A stretch of DNA of 64,000 nucleotides from the NCBI GenBank assembly GCA_965207375.1, contig CBDBMG010000001.1:352001-416000 (forward strand). Direction: 5' to 3'. Both the position numbers and the translations under genes were made by a program. The notes under the pieces are model-generated. The model searched no databases, was not told where the DNA came from, and saw only the letters and a list, made by a program, of their open reading frames with translations. This document shows, piece after piece, positions 25,028 to 38,565 of this stretch. The DNA is from Nitrosopumilaceae archaeon. Its GTDB lineage: Archaea; Thermoproteota; Nitrososphaeria; Nitrososphaerales; Nitrosopumilaceae. Positions within the stretch are counted from its first letter, which is position 1; every line of letters begins with the position of its first letter.

Positions 25028-25410
25028 TACCACAGATAGTATATTCTGAATATACTAGACATCTACATTCAGTCTTTTGAATTACGTAACAATGCAATTA
25101 TTATATGTACCTATATAAGAATATACTTCAAATTGACCTTAACTTCTTATTTCAAATTTTACTTAAAAATAACACATGGGTTTTTTGAATGTGCACAATG
25201 CATGAGTGTCATTGTACAAAAATATAGCCAATAACTGATTTTTTAAACATGTAATCGTAGGTACGTACAAATAAAAAGTTTATACAGTCAATATCAAACT
25301 TCAAATGATCATTCAGAATCATACTCCGGCAATCAGCCAAGGCTCTCTTCTTTGCTGGAGGAGGCAACAAAACATAACAATTATGCATACAGATACGTAC
25401 CATAATATTA

Positions 25411-25780
25411 TAGTGACGTGCAATAATATCAATAGTGTGATAATCATATCACAGAGAACCATTATCGTGATATGATATAACTGGCAATTATTATCATGAT
25501 ATATAAAGCCAGACCGTTAAGCTTCAAAAATAACCATGAAATTGTTAAGCAGAATGGCAAACATAGCATATTATTATTGTTATTGTATATACGTATATTT
25601 CACTGAAGTATTATAATTTATGTACCAAAACTTCATAATACACATGCATGTTACATATGAATTCTTGAAGTTACTATTTGACTTATTCAGGTGCAGTATA
25701 GTGGGCGTGATAACTATTGTATGGTGATAAAATTATGATGATAATTGATAGAGTTGTAAAATCACTATCACACATCACTA
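25411..25780. mobile_element. hAT-like MITE, degraded
   Basis: tagtgacgtgcaata / tatcacacatcacta; gtaccata on both flanks but offset on the left. Confidence 0.55.
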
Positions 25781-26491
25781 GTACCATATGCGGCAAAGCT
25801 AAAACTTTCACAATTGAATGAAAAACCGCCCCCTCAAATGTTTTACCGTATATGGTAAACGTAAATACATAAAATGTACACTACAATACACAACCAAAAT
25901 ACAAAATAAGAATAGAGGCACAGCACTGTGCCCTTTATCAAAAGCTTTTGATGTGGTCTGATAAATAAGTTTTGATGCTGGTGGCAAATAAACAATTCTT
26001 TATTGCTCAGACTCAAAATGTCAAACAAAACAATTTTATGGTGACTCGTGTAATGATGTGTAATACATATCAATATGTATATCGAAACATCAAAGCATGT
26101 CCCAGTATTTCTTTACTAGTTCAGTTTTGTGCAGTTTTGTGCAGTTTAGCAATATCATTAATGTTGAAGTACCTACAACAAAATTAATTGTTTTCCCTTA
26201 ACTTGATACATTGCATCACATCATGAGTACACATTTTGATGCAGATAACGTTTCAGGTGTATCGCACAACACCAACCATGTGGTAAACCAATTCAATAAC
26301 ATATACTCTTATGGGTTGGAGAAACTTTTGTGAAAGGAAAATTTAAAAGTAAGGGAGAGTCCTAAATTAAAGTTGGCAGATTTGGTGAATACAATTGTTA
26401 CAGTCACTATTTGAATCTACACATATATCACAGACATGCCAGTGTTGCATCAAAGAATGGTGTGTATGCTATGTTCTAAAATTAAGTATAA

Positions 26492-26768
26492 TGTGACCGG
26501 GCCAGCAAAAGGGGTCCAAGTGGGCACATAAAATTTGACCTTCTTTTTCAACTTTCTTGCATCATAACAAAAGATATAAATACGCATACGTAATTGATAA
26601 ATACGGGTACGCAATTGACATGATTTTTCTACCATCAATGAACAATTTAATAAGCAACATTTTATAACTTACAGAACATAAATATATTGTACAGAACCCA
26701 AGATATTAAAGTTTTTATGATGATGTGTAGTTTGTGCCAACTTGGTCCGTTTTTGCTGGCCCAGTCAC
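26492..26768. mobile_element. TGTGAC-ended MITE
   Basis: gtgaccgggccagcaaaa / ttttgctggcccagtcac. Confidence 0.7.
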
Positions 26769-27379
26769 TAATAAACTTTGATTACACAAACATTTCACAA
26801 TAATAAAATAATTTGATGCATGATCCCACATAGTCACTGCATAATTTCAAAGCACCAATACAAATATTTCACCAATACCTTTTATGAAGTGACATAAGAC
26901 ATCGTAGTGATGACCACTGAAACACAAAGTAATAAATCAATTTCTTATACGTAGTCTATATATGTATGCATGCCACCGTACAACCAAATTGAAGCCATAA
27001 CTACGTATGCCTGAATGTGATGGTTAACGTTAAGGAGCCTCATCACCCGAGGTCGGTTTCTAAAATGTCCCCATAAGGCAATGTTGGGCCTCTACATAAA
27101 CATGGGTCTCCAGTTTGCATTATTTAGAATAATAACCTGACAAAATCACCTTCATATCGATATTTGGCAATGGCAGCAACATCAGGCATATCTACAGGGG
27201 CAGTGACAATAAACTCCATGAACATGATCACTTAACTATCATGATAGTATGTCGAAGTTTGGAGGCTTGGAGAATTTTTTAGGCTAGCCCATATATATAA
27301 TGTGCAAGGATCGCTAGGAATAAAATGAGCCGTTACATCACACAAATGTGACCTGATTTACAAAAACCCGACATAATAG

Positions 27380-27680
27380 CAGAGTTCAAAATAAGAAATA
27401 GTAGGTATTAGGACATATGGCCAAATAGTATTTGGCCATTTAGAAAAGTATTAGGCCATCCACAAATGTAAGTGACCCTTTAAATTTAATAAACAGGTGA
27501 AAGAGATTAGCTATGTGATAACAATATCATGTGTTAGTCTAAAGTATATAAAGTCACAATCCAACCATGATAGTGTTTGAAAAGAGCGATCTAGCTCTAT
27601 CACCCATTTCTTGTATGTGTAAAATGTGACTTCTCTCCTATTGGAAATTGGCCGATGACCGGCTGTTATTTTGAACTCTG
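27380..27680. mobile_element. CAG-ended MITE with 6 bp TSD, inserted into the end of another MITE
   Basis: Perfect 15 bp TIR cagagttcaaaataa; TSD taatag; uninterrupted equivalent site cccgacataatagc at ~27724-27737. Confidence 0.85.
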
Positions 27681-28308
27681 TAATAGCATAATCTTAAGTC
27701 ATTTGTGACCTGATTTGCAAAAACCCGACATAATAGCGTATTTAATATTTCGAGAAATACCAATTTAAAATATTGAAGACACTGTAGTTCTTTGATGCCT
27801 TACTGGATGGAAGCCAAATTAACAGCATAAGTAGAGTAGTCTTATAGCCAGTGCTTTATAGCTAATTTAACTAATACTGCTGGATTTTCAGACACTTTTT
27901 TCTGAACTCCACCAATATCATGGATTAATTCTATAGGGGGTGGGTGGGCGTTGGAGGGGGTGGGAGGAGATGGGGCTGGGTGGGAAGCCGAAGGTGGGCT
28001 AAAGCATCCATGGTCACAGAGAAACAGCCATTGTGTGCTCAGTAAAATACTGAAACAGCCACAGCGTACCTGCCAGGCCAAGACGGTCGCTGACAGCTGC
28101 CTGACACCACATGTCGCTTTATTAGTGCGCCCCAGTGGCACCACATGGACCGTCATGGATTTACAGGGTCAGAAAAATGCTGCCTGTGAAAGCAGACCTG
28201 GTTATCTTTAGCCCTGTCATTGGTTTGTCTGGATAGTCCTAGAATGTGGCTTTCATGTCAAGCTATAAAATGGATTTCAGTTCTTGCGGGATTACACCTG
28301 GTTTTAGC

Positions 28309-29950
28309 AATTTCTCTTCAGTTTTCACACATGATGGAGAAGCTATACTTCCAGACATGGGTCCTAGCCCATATCCAAGTTTACCAGATATTGACATAAA
28401 CATTGCAGGGGTTACTAAATTTCTTAAAGAGATCAACCCTTACAAGGCAACTGGACCTGATTGTATTCCTGTAAAAGTGCTGAAAGAAATGGCTGAAGAA
28501 CTTCCTCCAAGTTTAGCTTTGATATTTACAGCTTCCCTGCAACAAGGAAAGATTCCGCTGGATTGGAAGAAAGCCTTGGTAACCCCCCTATTTAAGAAAG
28601 GTGATCAAATCAACCCTACAAATTATCGCCCAGTGTCTCTAACCTCTATCTGTTGTAAACTACTGGAACACATCATCCATTCAAATGTCATGTCTCACTT
28701 AAATGCTTGTAACATAATCAGTGATAACCAATATGGGTTTCGTAAAAGACGATTTGCAGAATTACAGTTACTTCGTACTATCCATGATTTTGCTTACAAT
28801 CTAAATGTAAAGAAACAGACAGACACTATATTACTTGATTTTTGTAAGGCCTTCGATAAGGTGTCACACCGTCATTTAAAATTAAAGCTAGAATATTATG
28901 GAGTTAGAAACCGAACTCTAAAGTGGATATCTTTTTTCTTAGAAGAACGCACTCAATGTGTAGTATGCGGTGGCTATACATCAGACCCTGCAAATGTTAT
29001 CAGTGGGGTTCCACAGGGAACTGTTCTGGGGCCACTATTGTTCTTAATTTATATAAACGACTTACCAGAATGTGTTTCATCAATGTGTAGCTTGTTTGCT
29101 GATGATTGTATGATAAGGGACATTGAAATATTGCAAAATGACTTAACAAACTTGGAGCTTTGGGCAAGAAAATGGCTGATGACTTTCAATATAGATAAAT
29201 GCAAAGTTATACAGATATCATTGAAACCTGTTGCTCCAAGTTCTTATACATTATATGGAAGACATCTTAGGGAGGTAACTGAGGCAAAGTACCTTGGAGT
29301 AACAATTGATCGTAAGCTATCATTTAGCAAGCATATTGATAATGTATGTAAAAAAGCAAATTCTACATTAGCATTTATTCGGCGAAACCTTAAGTCCTGC
29401 CAACGCCAAATAAAGGCTGATGCTTATCTGATGTACGTTAGACCAACTTTGGAATATGCAGCAGCGGTATGGGCACCCCACACTAAATGTGACACTGAAA
29501 AATTAGAGGCAGTACAAAGAAGGGCTGCAAGATTTGTAATGTCTGATTTTAATCGTACTAGTAGTGTCACTGAAATGTTACATAATCTTAATTGGAACAC
29601 CTTGAGTAGTAGAAGACAGACATCTAGATTATGCTTATTATACAAGATCTTGCACAACCTAGTAGATGTTACCCTTCCAAGCTACATTGTACCATCAACC
29701 AGATTTACAAGAGGACACGATCAAAAATTTATCCTACCCCAATCCAGAATTGATATTTACAAGTTTTATTTCTTTCCAGACTCAATCAGACTGTGGAACA
29801 ACTTACCCTCTGAGATATATAATACATCCACACACAATCGACGAATTTTGAAAATTAATTAAAATTTTTGTAGATAGCTAATTAGTTAATTACATTGCAT
29901 TATACTCGTACATATGAGTTCAGCAATTATATTATTATAATAATAATAAT
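28309..29950 (+). mobile_element. 5'-truncated non-LTR retrotransposon (LINE) with RT domain in ORF 28246-29862
   Basis: KATGPD, NYRPVSLTS, QYGFR, LDFCKAFDKV, GVPQGTVLGPLLFLIYINDL, FADD, KYLGV, WNNLP; (TAA)n tail; no endonuclease; the first ~20 codons come from the adjacent repeat. Confidence 0.93.
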
Positions 29951-30120
29951 CCTAATCCAGTCACATTTAAACTACTATTATTATAAACATCTTACCTTCG
30001 ACTCATTATTATACTCTTGGCCTATAAGTCCATTCCACGGTCCACCCCTTTCATCATTCGCCTACAGAGCATCACCTTAAGCGAGCGCTCATAATCTCCG
30101 ATCATGCTCCGATCGATAAG

Positions 30121-31717
30121 GCGATTTTTGAATTTGGGCTCGGATGTAACGGAACTCCGCATACGTCTCCGTATACTACAAAGAATTATTCGGGCGCCAG
30201 CGCTACTTCTAGCAAGCACTTTAGGCGGTCGCGGGAAATTTAAGATGAAGCAACTGAGCATCGGAAAAAGACTGCTGCTGTAAAAGTAGCAGGATCTTGC
30301 AGAGCAGTATATTATACTGATTGTTTATGCCCTCCTCCTATAATTTTGGTACTCTACTACAAAATAAGATTCCAAGGCAATCAGTTAGTAAAGTAAGCTA
30401 CAGTGGGCTTGCAAGGATTAATTACCACGTGACACATTTGACATGCAAATTTTGTTCTATGTATACATAGCATTATATTGAGTGTTCTATTGGGGTATTT
30501 AACATGTGACTGTTATATTAGATAATCCCCTTATAGAATCTTACTGATGCTGACATAACATATTAGCTTATGTTTTATATAGATATTAAATATGGAAGGA
30601 TGCAAAAAGATTTCATACTACAGCTGCGTATAAAACAATATATTATATATACATGTGCATGCATCTATTATGTGCTTTATAGTTTGTGTACAGAAAATAG
30701 AAAGATATTCATGCAGTGTTGCTTCTCTTGGATGGAAAAACTGGAACAGGCAAACTATTTATAAACATATGGCTATATATATATATGTATAATTTATGTA
30801 CATGTACATATTTTTAATAGTATGTAATGTAAAGGAATGGATATCATACTTTTGAAGGAATGGATTATCATACATACTTTTGCATGCTTTTAAAGTATGT
30901 AATACATACTGTAAAAGGAATAAATTACATACGTAGTTAGGCGTGCTAAGGAAGCTAGGAGACTGTACGTTATTTTAGCTAGAGGACAGTCAAAGGTATA
31001 ATGGAGATGAAATTTTATAATGACTTGAGAGAAGAGTCTTCAGAGGAAGAAGATATTATAGCCTTGATAATAGCAATAATGATGAGTGTGATGACAATTC
31101 TTCTCCTGTATCTTCTGAAAGTGCAGATATCACTGAGATTTCAGTCAATAACAGCTCAACCAGCACAATGACGCTAACAAGTAAACATATACAGGATTAG
31201 AAACAAGGCCTATATGGCATAGTTGATGACATAATAGAAAGACTAGCAGATGGTGACCAAAACATGGTATCAGGAGTAACAAAACTGATTTATCAAGAGT
31301 TATGCATGTATGCAAAATTCAGGTATTGCACCATCATATATATACCATCTCCTATGCCCTTCACAAATTAGGAAGCCTATCTATTTTCATGTTATATTAT
31401 ATCTTAACTTAGGATATGTATAGTCAAACGTAAACTAGGGAGCCAGTATATACCAATTAAGGCAAACTATCCACTAAAATTAAGCAATAGAATGTATTAT
31501 TAGTTGCACATAGCTACATGCAGCTAGTAGCTAGCTATTTTACCTTATAAATTACTAGCTATCAATCTATACACACTTACACGTATGAAACTACAAAATA
31601 CCACACTCTTAGAAGAATCCTGGCGGTGTCAGAGTTAGCGCGGGGTAAAATAATTCTTTATAGTATACGGAGACATATACGGATTCCGTTACATCCGAGC
31701 CCAAATTCAAAAATCGC
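30121..31717. mobile_element. Mutator-like non-autonomous element, ~70 bp TIRs, 9 bp TSD
   Basis: gcgatttttgaatttgggctcggatgtaacggaa.. / ..ttccgttacatccgagcccaaattcaaaaatcgc; TSD atcgataag at 30112-30120 and 31718-31726; decayed coding-like acidic stretch ~31020-31380. Confidence 0.9.
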
Positions 31718-34700
31718 ATCGATAAGCGCGCTGCCATTTAATTTGATCTAAGAGGTTCGATTGTGGTTTATAATTTTAATCGTCATGGTGATGCCCTGGT
31801 GTCTCGCGATGTGATCCCATAAGCTACTTTAAGCAAGGAAAGATTGATTGGCGATCGAAAGGTGATGTAGAAGAGGGTGGAGTGGACTTCTGGATGACAA
31901 GTACAACGATGGGTTTCTAGAGTCGATGTTAGTCTCGCGTGGCTGTTAAACCTGCGATCCGCAGGTTATACTATCTATGATGTTAATAATCAAGAACCCA
32001 TAGACTGGCATGCTGGCATGGAGTGTGATGTATGTACAAGTAGATTGTTAGATTCGTATTTCACCTGCATAGATTATCCAAAGTGCCAAAAAATTTAAAG
32101 TACCAGAAAATTTCATTATTGCTTGTTTGGTTTGGGCTTTCCCACAACGTTTTCAGGTATAATAAATGATGAACAATAACTGCCCACCTGCATCATTTTT
32201 AAAAATGTTTGAAGCAGGAAATTAACTTTGATTGGTCTTATTTTAATGTCAAATGTCTACAGACCTATATATAGCATATACGGTTAACATTTAATCTGTT
32301 GTATTGTACAGCTGTATTGTACTGCTTATGCTATGGATGGTGGAAGAGAGTTCCAGTCATTTGGCAAAGCTGTGTAATCTGATGTTGGTATTAACTCTTA
32401 ACTTTACTGCATTAGATCGAGGTTAAAATTAAAGAGCTGTTCATGTGGAATCTAAGCCAGTCCATGAATAATTTTGTGCGTAATTATCATGATAAACAAA
32501 AACACCTGGGTGTACTTAAGGTTAATCAGAAGCAACATTGCAAATATGCATGATCGGTAGCATCATCATCCTTGTCACTTGGTGACTGGGACGATGATGT
32601 CATTGTTGTTGTTTTAGTAAACTGTGTAGCTATATGTATTTTGCTTCATCTCAGCTTGCACAAGGGAATTATTAATAAACACTGGTTGATGTGCAGCCCC
32701 ATTGGAATACAACCAAGATCAAAACTTTATTAATGGCAGTGATTTATGGCTATTTTTGCTCTCAAATGCATGTACATATAGAGTTTTAGGTGGACAAAGT
32801 TTTTTTGGTACATGGGGCTGCACCATAAACATTAGATTATTAATGTAGTGGTGTGATCACAGGAGTGTACAGATTTTTAATTTTTACAAATTTGCGACCT
32901 GGAATACATGAGCAGAATTAAAGCAGCATACAGTTTTAGATCCATATGTCTTCCATGTATTTTGAACACTCAAAAATTGCAAATATTTCTACTGAGCAAA
33001 ATCATCTAATTTGCAAAAATTTCTTCTTACTAAATTCCCACTGCAGTATGCACTAATATTTGTATATATATGTGTGTGTGCGTGTGTGTACATATGTATG
33101 TCTGGCATTACCCATTGTAGTGGTGAACTGGTATATTTACTGTGTATCTATCCAGGATTGTGCAAAAGAGAGAGGGATTTGTGCACGGTGACGTACCGTA
33201 TTTACTTGGTTAAATTTCGCACCTCAAATAGTCACCACACTTGATCAGTACCACAATCAATTTTGAAATTATAAATTAGTTATTACATTTGTAGTAAATT
33301 GGTCACTTGGTAATCCCCATCAAAAATGTGGTAACCAGAGTGTACTTTATTATTCCATAAGTGCATGAGAGATAAGTGTAGCAGTGACTGATTGATTACC
33401 GTTGTATGGCTACTGGCTACATATATATACTAGTCACTATATGCCTGTATCACGTGATTATCAATTATAGTTACCGTATTTACTTGGTCAAACGCTGTAG
33501 TGTTTATTACATTCAAAAAATCTATGCGATGACTATACATTTAAAGCCGACTATGTATATATTTCTCTGTAAATATATTGTGCTATACAGACCCTTTATT
33601 TTTAGTACGTAGGTACATAATTTGTTCAAGCTATGCACATGGATGTGTGTGCGTGTGTTCACGCACACACATGCTATACATACAGAGCTCTGGTATAAGG
33701 TTACAGATCACTAGATTAACCAATATCAATAATTTAGTTTATGAACCTGCATTGCTTTGCTCTTGAAATTATTGGGTGTTTTTGAAAATAAGTTTTCAAA
33801 AATGGTGCCTTCAAAGTATTAATAGGAGTTGATCCTTCAGTATCTTTTTAAGGGTTAATTCTTCAAAAGGTTTGTCTAAACAGTTGGCCGTGCAGTGTTT
33901 GTTTCATAGATTTTAATTACTGTATAGCAAGCATAAATTTTTGTATTTTGACCAGGTAGCTAATTAAATTTAATAATACAGCAGTACATGATATTTTTGC
34001 AACTTATAGAGCACAGGTATGCATTTCAGGACTCACCATGGCGATGCTGTTGGGTTGATAGCTGTATATCTGTTGTCATGTTTATCATGATATGAAGTAA
34101 GGATCACATGTAATTTGTTGAATTTATATTGGAATGGAGAAGACAAAGCTATACTTGCTCATGAAAAGGAAGTTACTAAGGTATGTAAACATTACTGTTG
34201 GGAGGAAGTATGTGCGTAACTACGTATGTTATTTCTTGTAAAGAGACTTGCAGAGTCAACTCCATAGCGAGGGCTTTAGTATCCATAAGCATCTTGACAC
34301 ACATGGATATGTTGGAAATCGTAAGTTCCACAGAAACATGTGTTCTCAATAACATATTGCATTATTATAGGCATGTGATTCCCATTGTCATGGATACCTT
34401 GTCACTAAGGTAAAGTAATATCTAGTTGTTATGATAATGTGATTGTCGGCAAAAACCAGCCTAGTTCACACGAAAATTTAAATTTATATTTTGTGGCCCA
34501 GCTTGTAGCTATACTCAATGGCTATCCACGTACCATGATGTCTCCTGTGGTCAGATACAAGTGAGGTAGTTTTCTGGGGGTGAATTTTCAACCTTGTAAA
34601 ACCATAACTAACATGTTGGCATCTGTGGAGTGCAACAATTGGATGTCCAATTCTACCCTTGACCTCCCTTTGGCCTAGTTGCATGGTTAGGACCATCTGT

Positions 34701-36591
34701 GGGCAACTCAGCACCTCGTGTCTTCACCTGGGGGTTTTCCTCCTCCCTCCCCACCCTCCGCTCTACCCTCCTCACACCTGCCCACCCCCTTGTAACGCTG
34801 GGCTAAAATTGATCTACACCTTCAATTTGAAAGGCCTGAATTCAAGGAAAGAACAACTTCAAAGTTTTACTCAATGGATTACTAAGTCCAATTCCGCTAA
34901 ACAAAAGCGCCCTGGCATGAGCAAAAGCTATATGTAATTTCAATAAAAAGGTTTTTGAACATTTGTTGTTGGCCGGTTTTTGCAAAGACGGTCACATATA
35001 TGTGTTCATGACTGCACATATGCACCTACATCACCATGATGATACTGTACTAGCTCCTCTTTGGATTGTCAGTTTGGCTGTAGATCCCTGAAACATGATT
35101 GGTTATTTTTCAGAAAATAGCCAATCGCATTGCAGGGATCCATCACAGAATGCATAACCATGGCAACATGTAAACGCATGAATCATCATGATGTCACAAT
35201 GTATGCCGAAAATAGCATGGACAACACAAGTATGTACAAATCTACAAAAATGAATCCAGTGCAACCATTAAATACTTTGTTGCATAGCAACAAGGATACA
35301 TATGTGCAAAATGTACATGCATGCATACACTTGTATATGTATGCACATTCAAAGTCATTTGGTATGTACCTACACTGTACATACTTTGTGACCACCGTGG
35401 TCATGTAGGTTATTTTGTCACAGGAACATGAGTGCAAAAGTGGACAGGATATGTGCATCACAGGAGATAGTAGCAGTAAGAATGGAATTATTATCACTGT
35501 GTATCGTCATTATATTTTTACCATATCCGTTTATGTTAGGGTACCGTCCATTGAAGGATTACTTACCATACGCAGATACGAGTGATCAGATAAGAACACC
35601 AGTAACGGTATGTAACATATCTCACTGCATGTTGGGTAATAAACTTTATTTACCACAGGAAGATTTCAAGTGTTGAACAGACGCTATACTTTCAATATAA
35701 TTTGTTGATTTTTCACAGTATTTCCATAATACTATTGTACTGTTTACATATTATGTATGTATGTACGTATATATATAGTAAGCATTTAACTACTGTGATG
35801 ATCATGCACATGATTAATGTTGTCACTATCACAATCAAGATCATCACTGTCATGGATGGTTAATCATGATCAGTCACATACATGTGATTAACGTGACTGT
35901 CATTGTCATGATCATCACTAGTACTGTACATGTTACAATCAGTCACTGCATGGTGATACTGTTACTGTAAGGATGCATATGCATGTACAGGCATGGGGAT
36001 GACCGATTGTATGCATTTCACATGAGGGTATACGTAACTACAAAGATTAATATTATAGGCCGGGATGAGCACATCATGGTTTTAAAAATTCCAATTATTC
36101 TTTTTTCTCCGAATTCACAAGTGAAGCCATTTATAAGGTATTTCTGCTCCATATTAACAAGTACATACAATATGTATGTAAAATACCAAAATACTCCAAT
36201 AGAGCATTCACATTAAGCTCATGATGTTCACTAGCATCCAACACCCCTACCTTTATTTCCAGATGATTATACTCCTTTGAGGTTCGATTCCTAGAAATTA
36301 TTATTATATTCCAACATATAAGAATGTGCTCATACCGATATATAGTAACATAGCACTCACGAACACGTGCCCCTAATGATGATGGTGTACCGATTTTAAA
36401 GTCATGATCATGTTGAATCATTTTGTAATAGGTTTTATTTTAGCATAGTAACATCCATAATGGATGGCTTATGTAGAATAAATTTTCCACCTGATGATCG
36501 GCTGCACCTTAAAATGATAGGGTGTAGTGACCAACCGTTACTATGGTGATTGATGTCAAATAATTGTTATTTGTCTTTGATTAGGAAGTTA

Positions 36592-36797
36592 CCGTAACTG
36601 CTCTAATTTTCGCGGTACTAATATTTCACGAATCCACAATTTTGAAAGTATTCACAATTTTATTTTCACGAATCCAAATGGAGGAAAGGTAGGAAATAGC
36701 TACTATTTAGAATATTCACGATTATATTTTCACAAACTGCTAACTTTTTCGTGAAATTCGTAAAAATATCGTCCTGTGAAAATTAGAGTGGTTACGG
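36592..36797. mobile_element. TA-flanked Tc1/mariner-like MITE
   Basis: ta[ccgtaactgctctaatttt...aaaattagagtggttacgg]ta; absent from arm 1 near 16920. Confidence 0.8.
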
Positions 36798-37854
36798 TAT
36801 GAGATCAGTGAGTTAGATATAATAGTACATATGTACTGCAGACCATAACGTATTTATGTACGTGGAGACTAATGCGCTACTATCAAGTGCATGTGTATAA
36901 TAATACTGATTTGGTCCCTATTGACTCTACTTCCAGATAGCTCCAAATTTCCATCGTCAAATTTATTTTGTGAATTTCACAATGATCACAAAAATTTTTG
37001 TCACAAAATTTTCTTGACAGTAGTACAGGACTTGACACTTCAAAACCAGCAAATCACAAACTCAGGCCAAAGCCCAACTAAGAATTGGAGCCACATGGTA
37101 CATTTAAAATTTTGAGAGTCTGCAAGCTAACCTGCAAATTATACCTAGGTACCAATATACCATTGCTACACTGTCACCATAACGCATGTGCATGGTTACA
37201 TGGTCATAATGCTATCATCTTTAATATCACACGGATCTGAGGTGAATGATCAAGTAGCTTCAGTAACAGGGTGACAGTAAAGTAACATCTATAAGGTTAC
37301 AATGCTGTTTAGCATGTCCAACATGACCACCCTTTCCACCAAATACCAATCAATAAACTATGGTAATGAATTGTAAATTTGATAAAAGTCAAATATTTCA
37401 GTAAAACAAATTGACACTATGGTTGTTGCCGTCTTCAGCTGGTCACTGCACTTGAGGTAGTTCACAATTTCACATCCTGTAAGGCAAAAAGGTGACATTT
37501 CATTAGTCTTGTGCAGCACACATTACATAAACGGAATGCGCTTTAATTAGAGTAAATACAAAATATCTACTCAACAAACCTTAAGAACTTCTCCCCTTAT
37601 TCAAGAGCTGCTACCCATTAGTGATTCCATATAGAAACAGGTAAATTCAAGAAGACACACGTGCCTTGATATCGATATCGTGCGTTATATAGAATTACGC
37701 GAAAATATTTCTCTATTAAGACTAAAAGTTCCCTTACCTGATGTGGGAAATTAGCACAGGCAACCGCATCCCCGGGAGGCAGTAAGTCAGAAGTTTATAT
37801 ATTTATAAAATAATTAGGTATTTGGAATTCACGAATTCCAAATGCTCAATGTCC

Positions 37855-37935
37855 TAATAAACAAAAAGTAAAGTAAATGGGCGCTTCGCGCGCGCAGCGC
37901 GCGAAGCACCCATTTACTTTACTTTTTGTTTATTA
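37855..37935. repeat. Second copy of the 81 bp hairpin (one mismatch)
   Basis: taataaacaaaaag...gcgaagcacccatttac...tttatta. Confidence 0.93.
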
Positions 37936-38284
37936 CCTTTTTGGATGGCGGGAAAATACACGCACCTAGGTATGACTACCATGTATCAAAAACTCAAATT
38001 ATACGTATATAGCTAGATATTACTATATACATACATAGCTAGACATATAGATCAACAGTAGGCCATTATTACATTATGCTGGAAGTAAATATATTTACTA
38101 CATGAAAATTTGGCCTTTGTTCATGACACAGAAGATTAATATACTCTAATAGAACAGTCAAGCAATCATTAGATTGCTGTGTGCTGATATTGGAGTAAAC
38201 AAAAAATTAAAGTGATGGGTTTATGACAGTGTTTATTTACATACATACATACATATGTACAATACATACATACCGTATGCATAT

Positions 38285-38565
<281 letters not shown>

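Larger units (their letters stand above)
34136..37966 (-). repeat. Arm 2 of the large inverted duplication (partner 14225-21446)
   Basis: Reverse-complement colinearity, including the hairpin at 37855-37935. Confidence 0.92.

Noticed and set aside
14225-37966. Giant transposon (Polinton or foldback) with multi-kb TIRs, or haplotype misassembly
   Set aside because: No polymerase, integrase or capsid genes between the arms, no TSD, and the arms have diverged with independent insertions.
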